The translations under genes and the position numbers were made by a program. Below the pieces are notes generated by a model, which had not been told where the DNA came from, did no database searches, and saw only the letters and a list, made by a program, of their open reading frames with translations. Below are positions 25,811 to 35,439 of a DNA stretch of 64,000 bases, piece by piece (positions within the stretch are counted from its first letter, which is position 1; the number at the start of each line of letters is the position of its first letter). The DNA lies in assembly GCA_035764725.1 (NCBI GenBank), contig DASTYT010000130.1, forward strand, positions 364 to 64,363, in the 5' to 3' direction. This stretch comes from Candidatus Methylomirabilota bacterium. GTDB lineage: Bacteria > Methylomirabilota > Methylomirabilia > Rokubacteriales > CSP1-6.

Positions 25811-27739
25811 TTAGAGCTGCAGCTGGCCGCCGACGACCCGGGCGTAGTAACCCTGCTGCGCGAGCAGGTCGTCGGGCGATCCCATCTCGGTCAGCCGGCC
25901 GCCATCCACGACGAGCACCTTGTCCACCCGGCGAATCGTCGTCAGGCGGTGCGCCACCATCAGGGTGGTGCGACCCCGCATCAGCGCGAACAGGCTCGCC
26001 ACCACCTGCGCCTCGCTCTCCACGTCGAGCGCGCTCGTGGGCTCGTCCATCAGGAGGATGGGGGCGTCCTTGAGGAAGGCGCGCGCGAGGTTGATGCGCT
26101 GCTTCTCGCCGACGGAGAGGCGCGCGCCGCCGTCCCCGACGACCGTCTGGTACTGCTGCGGGAGCTTTTCGATCATCACGTCGGCGCGGGCGGCGTGCGC
26201 GGCGGCCTCGATCTCCGTCATCGTCGCGTTCGGCTTCCCGTAGGAGATGTTCTCCGCCACCGTCGTGGGAAGGATGATCGGCTCCTGGAGCACCAGGGCG
26301 ATCTGGGCGCGGAGGTCTTCCAGGCGGAGGTCGCGGAGATCCACGCCCTCGAGCTGCACGGCGCCGCCCACGGGATCGAAGAACCGCGGCAGCAGGTTCA
26401 GCAGGGTGGTCTTGCCCGCGCCGCTCGGACCGATGATGGCGACGGACGTGCCCGCCAGCAGCTTGAAACTCACGTGCTGCAGCACCGGCCGCTTGCTGTC
26501 GTAGGAGAACGACACGTCGTCGTAGGTGACGTTGCCGTACACGGGCAGCGGCCGGCGAAGCCCGCCCGCGGACGCGCCCCCGTCGGCGTGGAACGAGTGC
26601 TCCGTGAACATGTGCTCCGCGGACGGGGGCATCTCGTCGGCCCCGTCGGCGTCCCGCCCCAGCACCACCGGCCGCGCGTCCGCGCGGCTCTTCACTTCCT
26701 CCGGGGTGTCCAGGATCTCGAAGACCCGCCGCGTGCTCGCGCGCGCGCTCGACAGCGTGGCCCCCATCTGGGAGAGCTGATGGAGGGGCTCGAAGAGCTG
26801 CGCGACGTAGGCCAGGAAGACGAGCAGCTCGCCGACGGTCAACGACGAGCTCAGGACCTGCCGGGCCCCCACCCAGGTCACGCCCAGCGTGCACGCGCTC
26901 AGGATCACGGAGATCGAGCCCCAGTAGACGACCTCCAGGCCCTGCTGCGCCATCTTGTGCTGGCGCGCTTCCTCGGTCTGGGCGGTGAAGCGCTCGTGCT
27001 CGTGGTGCTCACGCGCATGGCTCTGGATGAGCGGCAGCGCGGTGATGCCCTGATGGATCAGCGAGTACACCTTGCCCTCCGCCTGCTGGGCGGCGGTGCC
27101 GCGCATCCGCATGGCGCGACCGAATACCTTGATGGAGAGGATCAACACGGGCACCGCGACCAGCGCCACCGCGGTGAGCTGCAGGTTCAGCCTTGCCATC
27201 GCCACCGCCATGAAGACGAGTGTGCCGGTGGCGCTGACGAAGATCAGCAGGCCCTGGAGGAACAGGGTCTGGAAGGCGCAGGTGTCCGTGCCCGCGCGGA
27301 AAATGATGTCGCCGGCCTCGGTGCCATGATGGTAGCGCAGGGACAGCCGCTGCAGCCAGCCGAAGACGTCGTCGCGCACGCGACGCAGCCCGCGGAGGCC
27401 CACGTTGATGGAGAGGTACACGTGGCCGGCGCACGCGGCGGCGTGCACCAGGTGCAGCCCCAGCGCCAGGCCGACCAGCGCGGTGATGAGGGCCGGCGCG
27501 CTCCAGTCGTGCATCGTCGAAGGCAGCCATGCCGGATAGGGCTTGCTGCCCAGGACGCTGTCGACCAGGATGGCGAGAGGCCAAGGCTTGAGCAGGTTGA
27601 GACCGATGCTCAGCAGCAGCAGGCCCAGCGTCAGGCCGACGCGGCCGGCATCGGGCCGGAAGTAGCCGAGCGCCCGGAGCAGTTGCCGGAAGCGCCCCGA
27701 TGCGGTGGTTACGTCGCGGGATTGCCCTGGAGTGTCCAT
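25811..27739 (-). CDS. MsbA-like type I ABC exporter (fused TMD-NBD)
   Basis: ATG at 27739 (MDTPGQSRD..). Six-TM ABC_membrane domain. Walker A GPSGAGKTT, signature LSVGEKQR, Walker B LLMDEPTSALD, H-loop MVAHRL. An unusual ~50-aa linker insertion (..RDADGADEMPPSAEHMFTEHSFHADGGASAGG..) lies between the TMD and NBD. Confidence 0.85.
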   Translation of the reverse strand: MDTPGQSRDVTTASGRFRQLLRALGYFRPDAGRVGLTLGLLLLSIGLNLLKPWPLAILVDSVLGSKPYPAWLPSTMHDWSAPALITALVGLALGLHLVHAAACAGHVYLSINVGLRGLRRVRDDVFGWLQRLSLRYHHGTEAGDIIFRAGTDTCAFQTLFLQGLLIFVSATGTLVFMAVAMARLNLQLTAVALVAVPVLILSIKVFGRAMRMRGTAAQQAEGKVYSLIHQGITALPLIQSHAREHHEHERFTAQTEEARQHKMAQQGLEVVYWGSISVILSACTLGVTWVGARQVLSSSLTVGELLVFLAYVAQLFEPLHQLSQMGATLSSARASTRRVFEILDTPEEVKSRADARPVVLGRDADGADEMPPSAEHMFTEHSFHADGGASAGGLRRPLPVYGNVTYDDVSFSYDSKRPVLQHVSFKLLAGTSVAIIGPSGAGKTTLLNLLPRFFDPVGGAVQLEGVDLRDLRLEDLRAQIALVLQEPIILPTTVAENISYGKPNATMTEIEAAAHAARADVMIEKLPQQYQTVVGDGGARLSVGEKQRINLARAFLKDAPILLMDEPTSALDVESEAQVVASLFALMRGRTTLMVAHRLTTIRRVDKVLVVDGGRLTEMGSPDDLLAQQGYYARVVGGQLQL

Positions 27740-27764
27740 GTTCCTGAAATGCCCCAGGCAGCAA

Positions 27765-27844
27765 GGCACGTGCCATGGGGTCGACGGGAAGACAGGTCGG
27801 CCGGAATGCACCCGGAGCAACGGATTTCCGGGATCTGAAATCCG
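27765..27844. promoter_or_regulatory. two palindromes upstream of the ABC exporter start (possible operator sites)
   Basis: GGCACGTGCC (27765-27774, perfect 10-bp palindrome about 26 nt upstream of the ATG). CGGATTTC-N8-GAAATCCG (27821-27828 / 27837-27844). Both were read directly. Function is inferred only. Confidence 0.25.
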
Positions 27845-27944
27845 GCAGGGTCCGGTCGGGAGGGTCTCATCGAGTAAATCCTACACGAACCGGTATGTAG
27901 GGCCGCCGAAGATCCAAGACGGCTCTCCGCCCGACCTATCGAGC

Positions 27945-29558
27945 CTATTCCGCGTGCAGTGGCGCCGGCGCATCGTCCTCCCGGGGGCCTCCCTTCGGCG
28001 CGTCGATCCGCACGCGCCGAAGGAGCGGCAACAGCCCCAGCGTTCCGCAGAAGAGGAGGAAGAGCAACCAGAAATCGTCGGCGAAGGCCAGGAGCTCCGC
28101 CTGCCGTGTGACTTCCCGATAGAGGGTGCCCAGCGCCTGCCGCTCCGCCGTGAAGGCATCCGCGCCGCGGTCGGAGAAGTGGCGGGCCCAGGCGCGAAGG
28201 CGATCGGCGGTCTCGGGATCCCAGACGTTGACGTGGCCCACCAGGGTGGCTTGATGCTCCTGGCTTCGCCGGGCGAGGAGCGCGGTCATCACGGACACCC
28301 CGATGGCGCCCCCCAGGTTCCGCACCACGTTCAGCGCCGCAGTGGCGTTGCCCATTTTCTCGCGCGCGATGGTGGCGAGCGCGATGGTGTTGAGCGGCAC
28401 GAAGATGAAGCCGACGCCCGCGCCCTGGACGAACCGCGGCCAGGCGAGCGCCCAGTAATCCATGCTGAGCGTCACCTCGGACATCACGTACACCGCGTAG
28501 GCGTTGAGCACGCAGCCGAGCGCGAGGAGCCAGCGCTGGTCTATTCTCGTGATCAAGCGGCCGGCGACGAGCAGCGAGACGAGGTTGCCGACGCCGCCGG
28601 GGGCAAGGACGAGGCCGGACGTCCACGCATCGTAGCCCAGCACCCGCTGCGTGAACAGGGCGAGCATCACCATGCTGGAGAAAAAGCCCATCATAACGAC
28701 CAACATGATCAGACTCGACGCCGCGAAGTTGCGGTCGGCGTAGACGGTGAGGTCGAGGATGGGCTCGTCGGCGATCAGCTCGCGGATGAGGAAGCCGATC
28801 AGGGTGGCCGTGGCCAGCAGCGCGAGGAAGATGATCACCGACGACTCGAACCACTCGTTGCGCTCACCCTGGTCGAGGAAGAGCTGCAGGGACAGGAAGC
28901 CCACTGCCATCAGCACGAGCCCCCAGATGTCGATGCGGCCGGGCCGCCGGAGATAGGGCGGATCGAAGAGCACCGCGCTGGCGGCGAGGAAGCCCACGAG
29001 CCCGATGGGCACGTTGATGTAGAAGATCCAGCGCCAGGACCAGTTGTCGGAGATCCACCCGCCGAGCGTCGGCCCGAAGATCGGCGCCATCATGATCCCC
29101 ACGCCCCACGCAGCCATGGCGGTGCCGCGCTGCCGGAGCGGGAAGATCTCCCACATGATGGCCTGCGACAGCGGCATGAGCGGGCCGCCGCCGATGCCCT
29201 GGATCATACGGGCGACCAGCAGCACCCAGATGTTGGGCGCAAGGCCGCACAGCACCGACGCCAGGGTGAAGGTGACCGTGCACGCGAGGAAGAAGCGCTT
29301 CCGCCCGATGACCCCGGCGAGCCATCCGGTGGCGGGCAGGATCACGGCGTTGGCGGCGAGGTACGAGGTGAGCACCCACGACACCTCGTCGACCCCCGCG
29401 GACAGCGAGCCCTGGATGTGCGGGAGGGCTACGTTCGTGACGGTGACGTCGAGCACCTGCATGACCGTCACCAGCATGACCGAGCCGGTGATGGCCCACT
29501 TCCGCGCCGAGCCGACGCCCGACTCGCCGATCGGCAGCGCGGCGGCGGCGGTGCTCAC
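27945..29558 (-). CDS. DHA2-family (EmrB/QacA-type, 14-TMS) MFS efflux transporter
   Basis: GTG at 29558 overlaps the upstream stop (GTGA). ..MQVLDVTVTNVALPHIQGSL..WVLTSYL..GRKRFF..MIQGIGGG.. motifs are typical of DHA2. Confidence 0.85.
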   Translation of the reverse strand: MSTAAAALPIGESGVGSARKWAITGSVMLVTVMQVLDVTVTNVALPHIQGSLSAGVDEVSWVLTSYLAANAVILPATGWLAGVIGRKRFFLACTVTFTLASVLCGLAPNIWVLLVARMIQGIGGGPLMPLSQAIMWEIFPLRQRGTAMAAWGVGIMMAPIFGPTLGGWISDNWSWRWIFYINVPIGLVGFLAASAVLFDPPYLRRPGRIDIWGLVLMAVGFLSLQLFLDQGERNEWFESSVIIFLALLATATLIGFLIRELIADEPILDLTVYADRNFAASSLIMLVVMMGFFSSMVMLALFTQRVLGYDAWTSGLVLAPGGVGNLVSLLVAGRLITRIDQRWLLALGCVLNAYAVYVMSEVTLSMDYWALAWPRFVQGAGVGFIFVPLNTIALATIAREKMGNATAALNVVRNLGGAIGVSVMTALLARRSQEHQATLVGHVNVWDPETADRLRAWARHFSDRGADAFTAERQALGTLYREVTRQAELLAFADDFWLLFLLFCGTLGLLPLLRRVRIDAPKGGPREDDAPAPLHAE

Positions 29559-30679
29559 ACGCGCTCGAGAATGTGCAGGCCCCGCCCCCGGTCGATGAGG
29601 TAGATCAGCCCGCGCTCGTCCACGCACACGTCGTTGCTCGATACCCGCGTAGAGCCCTCCGGGACCGGCGGGAGGAAGTGCGCCACCTCGCGGGGGGCGT
29701 GCGGGCGCGCGATGTCCACGATGCGCAGCCCGTGGGCGAACCACGCCACCGGGATCTCGGTGCCCGTCACGCGCTCGCTGGGCTGATGGCACCCGGTGAA
29801 CTCGGGCTGCGGCTCACCGTCCACGCCCTCGACCTGGAAGCTCGCGAACGGCGTGGGACGCCGCTCGTCGGTGATGTCCACGAGCCAGAGGAACGACGGC
29901 GGGCCCGGCTCGAGCTTGGCCACATCCTCGTCGGCCACCACGAGCACGCGGCGGCCCTGGAGGGGAAAGGGCACCGGCAGGGCGGTGTGCGTCGGGGTGA
30001 TGAAGGGCGGGCTCCAGTCGAGGCCGGAGACGAACCGCGGCTTCGCCATGTCCGCGATGTCGAGGATCACGAAGCCCCCGTGCCAGTAGCTCACGTACAG
30101 CCGATCGTCGAGGCGGATCGGATGATGGCAGCGGTGCTGGCGTCCCGACCACGTGGGCGTCTCGCCGCCGCCGGTCCACTGCCCCGGCATCCACCATCGC
30201 CCGACCTCCTGGGGTCGCCTCGGATCGGCGAGGTCGAGGATCATCACGATGTTCCCGACGTAACCCTCCAGCTCCGGGGAGATGTAGGCGTAGCGGCCGT
30301 CGAAGGTGAAGCGATGCACGCCGAGCCCGCCGCAGCGCCAGAACGCGAGCTCGCGCGGGCGCGCGGGATCGGAGAGGTCGAAGACGAGGAGGCCGCCCGC
30401 CTCCTTGCGCGCGTCGCCGCCGTGGCCCTCGCGATTCACCAGCATGAGGCGGTTCGCGGCGCGAACCTTGTGCGAATGCGTGCCCGGCGGCACCTCGAGG
30501 CTGGCGAGGAGGCGCGGCGAGGCCGGATCGCGCACGTCTACCACGGAGGTCCCATGGGGCGCTTTCATGTGCGCGATGCACGCGACGGCGCCGTCCACCA
30601 CCACCTGCCCGCCGCCCGGGCAGTCGAAGTACGCGACCTGCCGCAGCCCCCGGGCGCTCGCGCCGCTCACGCCCGGCAT
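29555..30679 (-). CDS. LVIVD-repeat beta-propeller protein
   Basis: ATG at 30679. Repeated ..LLVFDLSDPARP.., ..IVMILDLADPRRP.., ..GFVILDIADMAKP.., ..LRIVDIARPHAP.. units match the LVIVD repeat pattern. No signal peptide is evident. Confidence 0.75.
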   Translation of the reverse strand: MPGVSGASARGLRQVAYFDCPGGGQVVVDGAVACIAHMKAPHGTSVVDVRDPASPRLLASLEVPPGTHSHKVRAANRLMLVNREGHGGDARKEAGGLLVFDLSDPARPRELAFWRCGGLGVHRFTFDGRYAYISPELEGYVGNIVMILDLADPRRPQEVGRWWMPGQWTGGGETPTWSGRQHRCHHPIRLDDRLYVSYWHGGFVILDIADMAKPRFVSGLDWSPPFITPTHTALPVPFPLQGRRVLVVADEDVAKLEPGPPSFLWLVDITDERRPTPFASFQVEGVDGEPQPEFTGCHQPSERVTGTEIPVAWFAHGLRIVDIARPHAPREVAHFLPPVPEGSTRVSSNDVCVDERGLIYLIDRGRGLHILERV

Positions 30680-30697
30680 TATATACGCGCCGCCACC

Positions 30698-30726
30698 TTG
30701 ACACCCGCGCGTCGCGGTGCTGAAGT
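30698..30726 (+). promoter_or_regulatory. weak sigma-70-like promoter candidate for the ligB-like gene
   Basis: TTGACA (30698-30703), a 17-nt spacer, then TGAAGT (30721-30726, only 3/6 match to TATAAT). It would give a nearly leaderless transcript for the ATG at 30738. Confidence 0.2.
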
Positions 30727-30737
30727 CGGACCCACGC

Positions 30738-31571
30738 ATGGCCGAGATCGTCGCCGCCGCGCTCACCGCCCACGCGCCCCTGATCACCGGCCGCCCCGAC
30801 GTGTCTCGGCCCGAGCAGCGCGACCGCCTCTACGCCGGCTTCCACGAGCTGCGCCGCCGCCTCGCCGCGGCCCGGCCCGAGCTGCTGGTCCTCTTTGTGA
30901 ACGATCACCTGCAGAACTTCGCCTACAACAACCTCCCCGCCTTCTGTGTCGGGCTGGCCGAGCGATACGAGGCGCCGAGCCCGGGCGGGGCGGCCCTCAT
31001 GCGCCTCACCCCGCGCACCTTGCGGGGCCGGCCCGACTGGGCGATGGCGCTGCTGGAAGCCGGCCTCGCCTCGGGGATCGATTTCGCATATTCGTACGAT
31101 ATCGAGAGCTGGGACGAGATGTCGGTGCCGCTGCACTTCCTCCTGCCCGACGGCGAGACGCCCGTGGTGACCATATATACGAACTGTGCGGCGCCGCCGC
31201 TGCCCGCGCCGCGGCGCTGCCGCGAGGTCGGCGCCTTCGTGGGCGACTTCATCCGCGCGCGGCCCGGCCGCGAGCGCATCGCGCTCATCGGCACCGGCGG
31301 GCTCTCGCACTGGGTGGGCACGCCCGAGACGGGACGGATCAATCCCGAGTGGGATCACTGGGTGCTGGACCAGATCACGCGCGGCGACCTCGATCCCCTG
31401 GCCCGCCTGACCTGGGACGGGATTGAACGTGACGGGGGCAACGGCGGCCAGGAGGTCCGCAACTGGATCGGGCTGCTCGGCGCCGTCCCCGGCTGGAAGG
31501 GCGAGGTCCTCGCCTACGAGCCGGTGGCCGAGTGGATCACCGGCTGCGCCACCGTCTGGGTCCACCCGTGA
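30738..31571 (+). CDS. ligB: class III extradiol ring-cleavage dioxygenase, catalytic (LigB-type) subunit
   Basis: MAEIVAAALTAHAPLI.., ..VNDHLQNF.., ..GTGGLSHW.. motifs of the protocatechuate 4,5-/gallate dioxygenase family. The symbol is family level only. Confidence 0.75.
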   Translation: MAEIVAAALTAHAPLITGRPDVSRPEQRDRLYAGFHELRRRLAAARPELLVLFVNDHLQNFAYNNLPAFCVGLAERYEAPSPGGAALMRLTPRTLRGRPDWAMALLEAGLASGIDFAYSYDIESWDEMSVPLHFLLPDGETPVVTIYTNCAAPPLPAPRRCREVGAFVGDFIRARPGRERIALIGTGGLSHWVGTPETGRINPEWDHWVLDQITRGDLDPLARLTWDGIERDGGNGGQEVRNWIGLLGAVPGWKGEVLAYEPVAEWITGCATVWVHP

Positions 31572-31783
31572 TCAAGGTCTCGTACCCGCTCAACCGGCTC
31601 CTCACCGCGGTCGCCCGCCAGCACCAGATGAAGGAGAGCCTCACCGACGAGGAGATGGCCGGCCACGATCTTTCCGCCGACGAGCGCGCTGCCCTCCGGA
31701 CCGGCGACATCCGGGCGCTCTACGAGCTGGGCGCCAACCCGTATCTCATCCGGCGCGTGTTCCGCCGCCGCTTCACCATCTGA
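31568..31783 (+). CDS. ligA: LigA-type small subunit of extradiol dioxygenase
   Basis: GTG overlaps the ligB-like stop (GTGA). ..LTDEEMAGHDLSADERAALRTGDIRALYELGANPYLIRRV.. is the LigA-domain pattern. The gene order is B then A, the reverse of what I recall for Sphingobium ligAB. Confidence 0.65.
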   Translation: MIKVSYPLNRLLTAVARQHQMKESLTDEEMAGHDLSADERAALRTGDIRALYELGANPYLIRRVFRRRFTI

Positions 31784-31786
31784 CCC

Positions 31787-33409
31787 ATGACCCGATCCCG
31801 CTCCGCAGTGGCTGCCGTCACCGTGTGCCTGACCCTCGTCACCGCCGCCGTCCTCGGGAGCCTCCTCGCCGCCGAGGGCCAGACCCCCAAGCGGGGCGGC
31901 GTGCTCCAGTCCGTGCTGATCGAGGATCCGCCGGGGCTGCTCGTGCACGAGTCGGCCACCGTGTCCAATGTCTGGCCCATGTCGCCGTGCTACTCGAACC
32001 TGGTCTTCTTCCACCCGCAGAAGCCCCTCGAGAGTGCGGACACCGTGATCCCCGAGCTGGCGGAGAAGTGGTCCTGGCAGGACAATTACCGGAACCTCGT
32101 CTTCTTCCTCCGCAAGAACGTGCGCTGGCACGACGGCAAGCCCTTCACCTCGCGCGACGTCAAGTACACGTTCGACGTGGCGCGGGAGGCGCCGGACGCG
32201 CCCGCAAAGTTTCGCCTCAGCGCCAGGAAAGACTGGTGGGCCAACGTCGAGGCCGTCGAGGCCCCTGAGCCGCATACCGTGGTCTTCCGGCTCAAGCGGC
32301 CGCAGCCCTCGCTGCTGCTCATGCTGGCCTCCGGCTACTCGCCGGTGTATCCCGCTCACGTTCCGCTGGGCGAGCTCCGCCAGAAGTGCGTGGGCACGGG
32401 CCCGTTCAAGTTCAAGGAGTGGCAGCGCGGCCAGTCGGTGGAGCTCGAGCGGAACCCCGACTACTTCATTCCCGAGCGCCCCTATCTCGACGGCATCAAG
32501 TACACCGTCATCTCCGAGCGCGGGACGCGGCTCGCCGCGCTCCAGGCCGGGCGGCTCGATGCCTTCGTCCCCCTCGAGATGACCAAGGCCATGGCGGACG
32601 CCGCGAAGAAGAGCGCGCCCAATCTCGTGATCAGCGAGGTGGGGCAGAACGGCAGCGACAACGTGATCCTCAACGTCAAGCGCGCGCCCTTCGACAATCC
32701 GGCGGTCCGGCGCGCCGTCAGCCTCGCCATGGACCGGCAGGGCTACGTGCAGAGCGTGCGGCACGGGGGGGCGGTGGTCGGCGTGGGGCTCATGCCGAAG
32801 CCGCTGGGGATCTGGGGGCTCAGCGACCCCGAGCTGCGCACGCTGCCGGGCTATCGCGGCAGCGCGGTGGACAAGGTCGAGGCGAAGCGCTTGCTCGCCT
32901 CCGCGGGCTTCGGCCCCGGCGGCAAGCCGGTGAAGGTGGAGCTCTCCACGCGCACGCTCTCCATCTATCTGGACGTCGCGTCGTTCGTGGCCGATCAGCT
33001 CCATCAGATCGGGATCGAAGCCACCGTGAAGCAGATGGACTCCGCGGCGTGGTTCCCCGCCCTGGCCCGGCGCGACTATCAGATCGGCGGCAACCTCACC
33101 GCGGGCGGCTTCGACGATCCCGACGCGTACTTCTTCGAAAACTACAAGTGCGGGTCGTCGCGCAACTACAGCGACTACTGCAACGAGGAGGTCGATCGCC
33201 TGATCGACCAACAGTCGCAGGAGCTGGACCGGGCCAAGCGGCTCAAGCTCGTGCTGGAGATCCAGCGCCGCCTCGAGGCCGACGTCGCCCGCCCCATGCT
33301 CGGCTGGCGCAAGGAGTACTTCGCGCACTATCCCCACGTGAAGAACCTCGTCCCGCACAACGCCCTCTACAACTACGGGCGGATGCAGGACGTGTGGCTG
33401 GACCGGTGA
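31787..33409 (+). CDS. family-5 (peptide/nickel type) ABC substrate-binding protein, orphan
   Basis: Signal peptide, then PKRGGVL.., ..KWHDGKPFTSRDVKYTF.., GTGPFKFKEW.. SBP_bac_5 motifs. No permease or ATPase genes are adjacent. Confidence 0.85.
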   Translation: MTRSRSAVAAVTVCLTLVTAAVLGSLLAAEGQTPKRGGVLQSVLIEDPPGLLVHESATVSNVWPMSPCYSNLVFFHPQKPLESADTVIPELAEKWSWQDNYRNLVFFLRKNVRWHDGKPFTSRDVKYTFDVAREAPDAPAKFRLSARKDWWANVEAVEAPEPHTVVFRLKRPQPSLLLMLASGYSPVYPAHVPLGELRQKCVGTGPFKFKEWQRGQSVELERNPDYFIPERPYLDGIKYTVISERGTRLAALQAGRLDAFVPLEMTKAMADAAKKSAPNLVISEVGQNGSDNVILNVKRAPFDNPAVRRAVSLAMDRQGYVQSVRHGGAVVGVGLMPKPLGIWGLSDPELRTLPGYRGSAVDKVEAKRLLASAGFGPGGKPVKVELSTRTLSIYLDVASFVADQLHQIGIEATVKQMDSAAWFPALARRDYQIGGNLTAGGFDDPDAYFFENYKCGSSRNYSDYCNEEVDRLIDQQSQELDRAKRLKLVLEIQRRLEADVARPMLGWRKEYFAHYPHVKNLVPHNALYNYGRMQDVWLDR

Positions 33410-33443
33410 GCGCGCTGAGTCCGGGCGCCGCGAGCGGGGCGCC

Positions 33444-34412
33444 GTGAAGCGCCGACACTTTCTCGTCGGCGCGGGGGCGGCGGTGGGGTGGCCGGCGGGG
33501 GCCGCGGCGCAATCGGCGCCCCCGCGGCCGCATGTCGGCGTGCTCGTCGCGGAGTCGGCGCCCCACCCCTTCACCGAGGCGTTCCGGGCAGGCATGCGCG
33601 AGCTCGGCTACGTGGAGGGGCGCACCGTGACCATCACGTGGCGATACGCCGACGGCCTGCTCGAGCGGGCCGTCGAGCAGGCGGCCGAGCTCGTGCGGCT
33701 CAAGGTCCGCGTGATCGCCGCGCACCACACGCCGGCGGTCAAGGCGTCGATGAGCGTCGGCGGCGGGGTCCCGATCGTGATGGCGCCGGCGGGAGCCCCC
33801 GTTCAAGCGGGTCTCGTGAAGAGCCTCGCTCAGCCCGGCGGCAACGTGACGGGGCTGTCGTCCATGGAAGCGGAGCTCGGGACCAAGCGTCTGCAGCTGC
33901 TCGTCGAGATCATTCCCGGCCTCAAGCGCGTGGCGCTGCTCGGCGCCCGCACCGACCCCTTCACGAAGCCTTTCGTCGGTGATTTCCGGGACGCGGCCAA
34001 CCGCATGGGGCTTCAGCTCCAGCCCGTCCTGATCGACGGCGTCTCCGACTTCGACAACGCGTTCGCCGAGATGGCCAAGGCGGGCGCGCAGGCGGTGGTG
34101 ATCCAGCCCTTGTTCCAGCCGCACAGCGCGCACGTCCTGGAGCTCGCCGGGCGGCACCGCCTCGCGGTGATGTCGAGCTACCGCGACATCACACAGGCCG
34201 GGGGCTTGCTTTCTTACTCCGCCGATCATGCCGCTTACTTCCGCCGAGCGGCCAACTTCGTCGACAAGATCCTCAAGGGCGCGAAGCCTGCGGACCTTCC
34301 CGTCGAGCAACCGGACAAGTTCGAGCTCGTGGTCAACCTCAAAGCCGCCAAGGTCCTCGGGCTGAACGTGCCTCCGTCCGTGCTCGCGGGGGCCGACGAG
34401 ATCATTCAGTGA
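33444..34412 (+). CDS. ABC_sub_bind-family substrate-binding protein with a Tat-type signal, orphan
   Basis: VKRRHFLVGAGAAVGWPAGAAA, then ..GYVEGRTVTITWRYADG..NVTGLS..KRLQLLVEIIPGLKRVALL..KILKGAKPADLPVEQPDKFELVVNLKAAKVLGLNVP.. is canonical for this family. Confidence 0.85.
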   Translation: MKRRHFLVGAGAAVGWPAGAAAQSAPPRPHVGVLVAESAPHPFTEAFRAGMRELGYVEGRTVTITWRYADGLLERAVEQAAELVRLKVRVIAAHHTPAVKASMSVGGGVPIVMAPAGAPVQAGLVKSLAQPGGNVTGLSSMEAELGTKRLQLLVEIIPGLKRVALLGARTDPFTKPFVGDFRDAANRMGLQLQPVLIDGVSDFDNAFAEMAKAGAQAVVIQPLFQPHSAHVLELAGRHRLAVMSSYRDITQAGGLLSYSADHAAYFRRAANFVDKILKGAKPADLPVEQPDKFELVVNLKAAKVLGLNVPPSVLAGADEIIQ

Positions 34413-35410
34413 AGCTGGCGACGTGGCGCGGCGGCAGTCGCTTCACGCTGGACGAGGCGCCGGACCCGGTGGCCGGGCCGGGCGAGGTGCTGGTAGACGT
34501 GCAGGCCGCGGGTATCTGCGGCACCGACATCCACGCCACCCAGGGGCTCTTCCCGTGGCAGCCGCCCCTGGTGATGGGCCACGAGTACTCCGGGGTGATC
34601 CGCGCCGTGGGGCGCGGGGTGAGCGCGCGGCTGATCGGACGTCCCGTGGCCTGCGAGCCCTCGCAGGGTTGTGGCGCGTGCCCAGCCTGCGCGGCCGGCC
34701 GCGTCTCCCAGTGCCCGCGCGCCCGGCGCATCGGCGGCTTCGCGGAGCGGGTGGCGCTGCCCGTGATCTGCGTGCACCCACTGCCCCGCGGCCTCGATCC
34801 CGTCACCGCCGCGCTCACCGAGCCGGCGGCCTGCTGCCTGGCCGGGCTCGAGATGTTCCGGATGCCGCGAGGCGCCACCGTGGTCGTGATCGGCGGCGGC
34901 ATCATGGGACTTCTCACGATGGCGCTCGCAAAGCGCCGCGGCGCCAGGCGTTTGATCCTCTCCGACCCGATCGAGGAGCGGCGAGCCATCGCACGCCGCC
35001 TGGGCGCGGGGATCGTCGTGGATCCGACTAGGGAGCGCCTCGCCGACCGCGTGAAAGCGGTCACCAAGGGCGTGGGCGCCGATGTCGTCTGCGAGGCGGT
35101 GGGCAAGCCCGAGCTGGTGGCCGAGGCCCTCACCCTGGTCAAGACCACCGGCATCCTCCAGCTGGTCGGCGTCAACCCGAAGGGCGCCAAGCTTCCCATC
35201 GACCTCTATGACGTCCACTACCGGGAAGTTCGTATCCACGGAGCCTACGGCCGCGGCACCGCCTTTCGCCGCGCGCTGGCCGCGCTGCCGCGGCTGCGCG
35301 CCCGCAGCCTGATCACCGCGCGCTTCCCGCTCGCTCGCATCGAGGAGGCGTTCGCCCATGCGGCGGCCGGGCGCGGCGCCAAGACCGTCATCACGCCGGG
35401 CGCGGGCTAG
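34409..35410 (+). CDS. zinc-dependent MDR alcohol/polyol dehydrogenase
   Basis: GICGTDIH, GHEYSG, structural Zn Cys cluster C..GCGACPAC..C, GGGIMGLL NAD motif. ATGA-type overlap with the upstream gene. Confidence 0.85.
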   Translation: MKLATWRGGSRFTLDEAPDPVAGPGEVLVDVQAAGICGTDIHATQGLFPWQPPLVMGHEYSGVIRAVGRGVSARLIGRPVACEPSQGCGACPACAAGRVSQCPRARRIGGFAERVALPVICVHPLPRGLDPVTAALTEPAACCLAGLEMFRMPRGATVVVIGGGIMGLLTMALAKRRGARRLILSDPIEERRAIARRLGAGIVVDPTRERLADRVKAVTKGVGADVVCEAVGKPELVAEALTLVKTTGILQLVGVNPKGAKLPIDLYDVHYREVRIHGAYGRGTAFRRALAALPRLRARSLITARFPLARIEEAFAHAAAGRGAKTVITPGAG

Positions 35411-35439
35411 CGTCCGGACATCATCCAGGAGGGCTCGTC

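Noticed and set aside
25550-27838. 762-aa plus-strand ORF, and the 379-aa minus-strand ORF at 25755-26894
   Set aside because: The first is a shadow frame and the second an alternative frame of the MsbA-like exporter, which carries complete Walker A, signature, Walker B and H-loop motifs.
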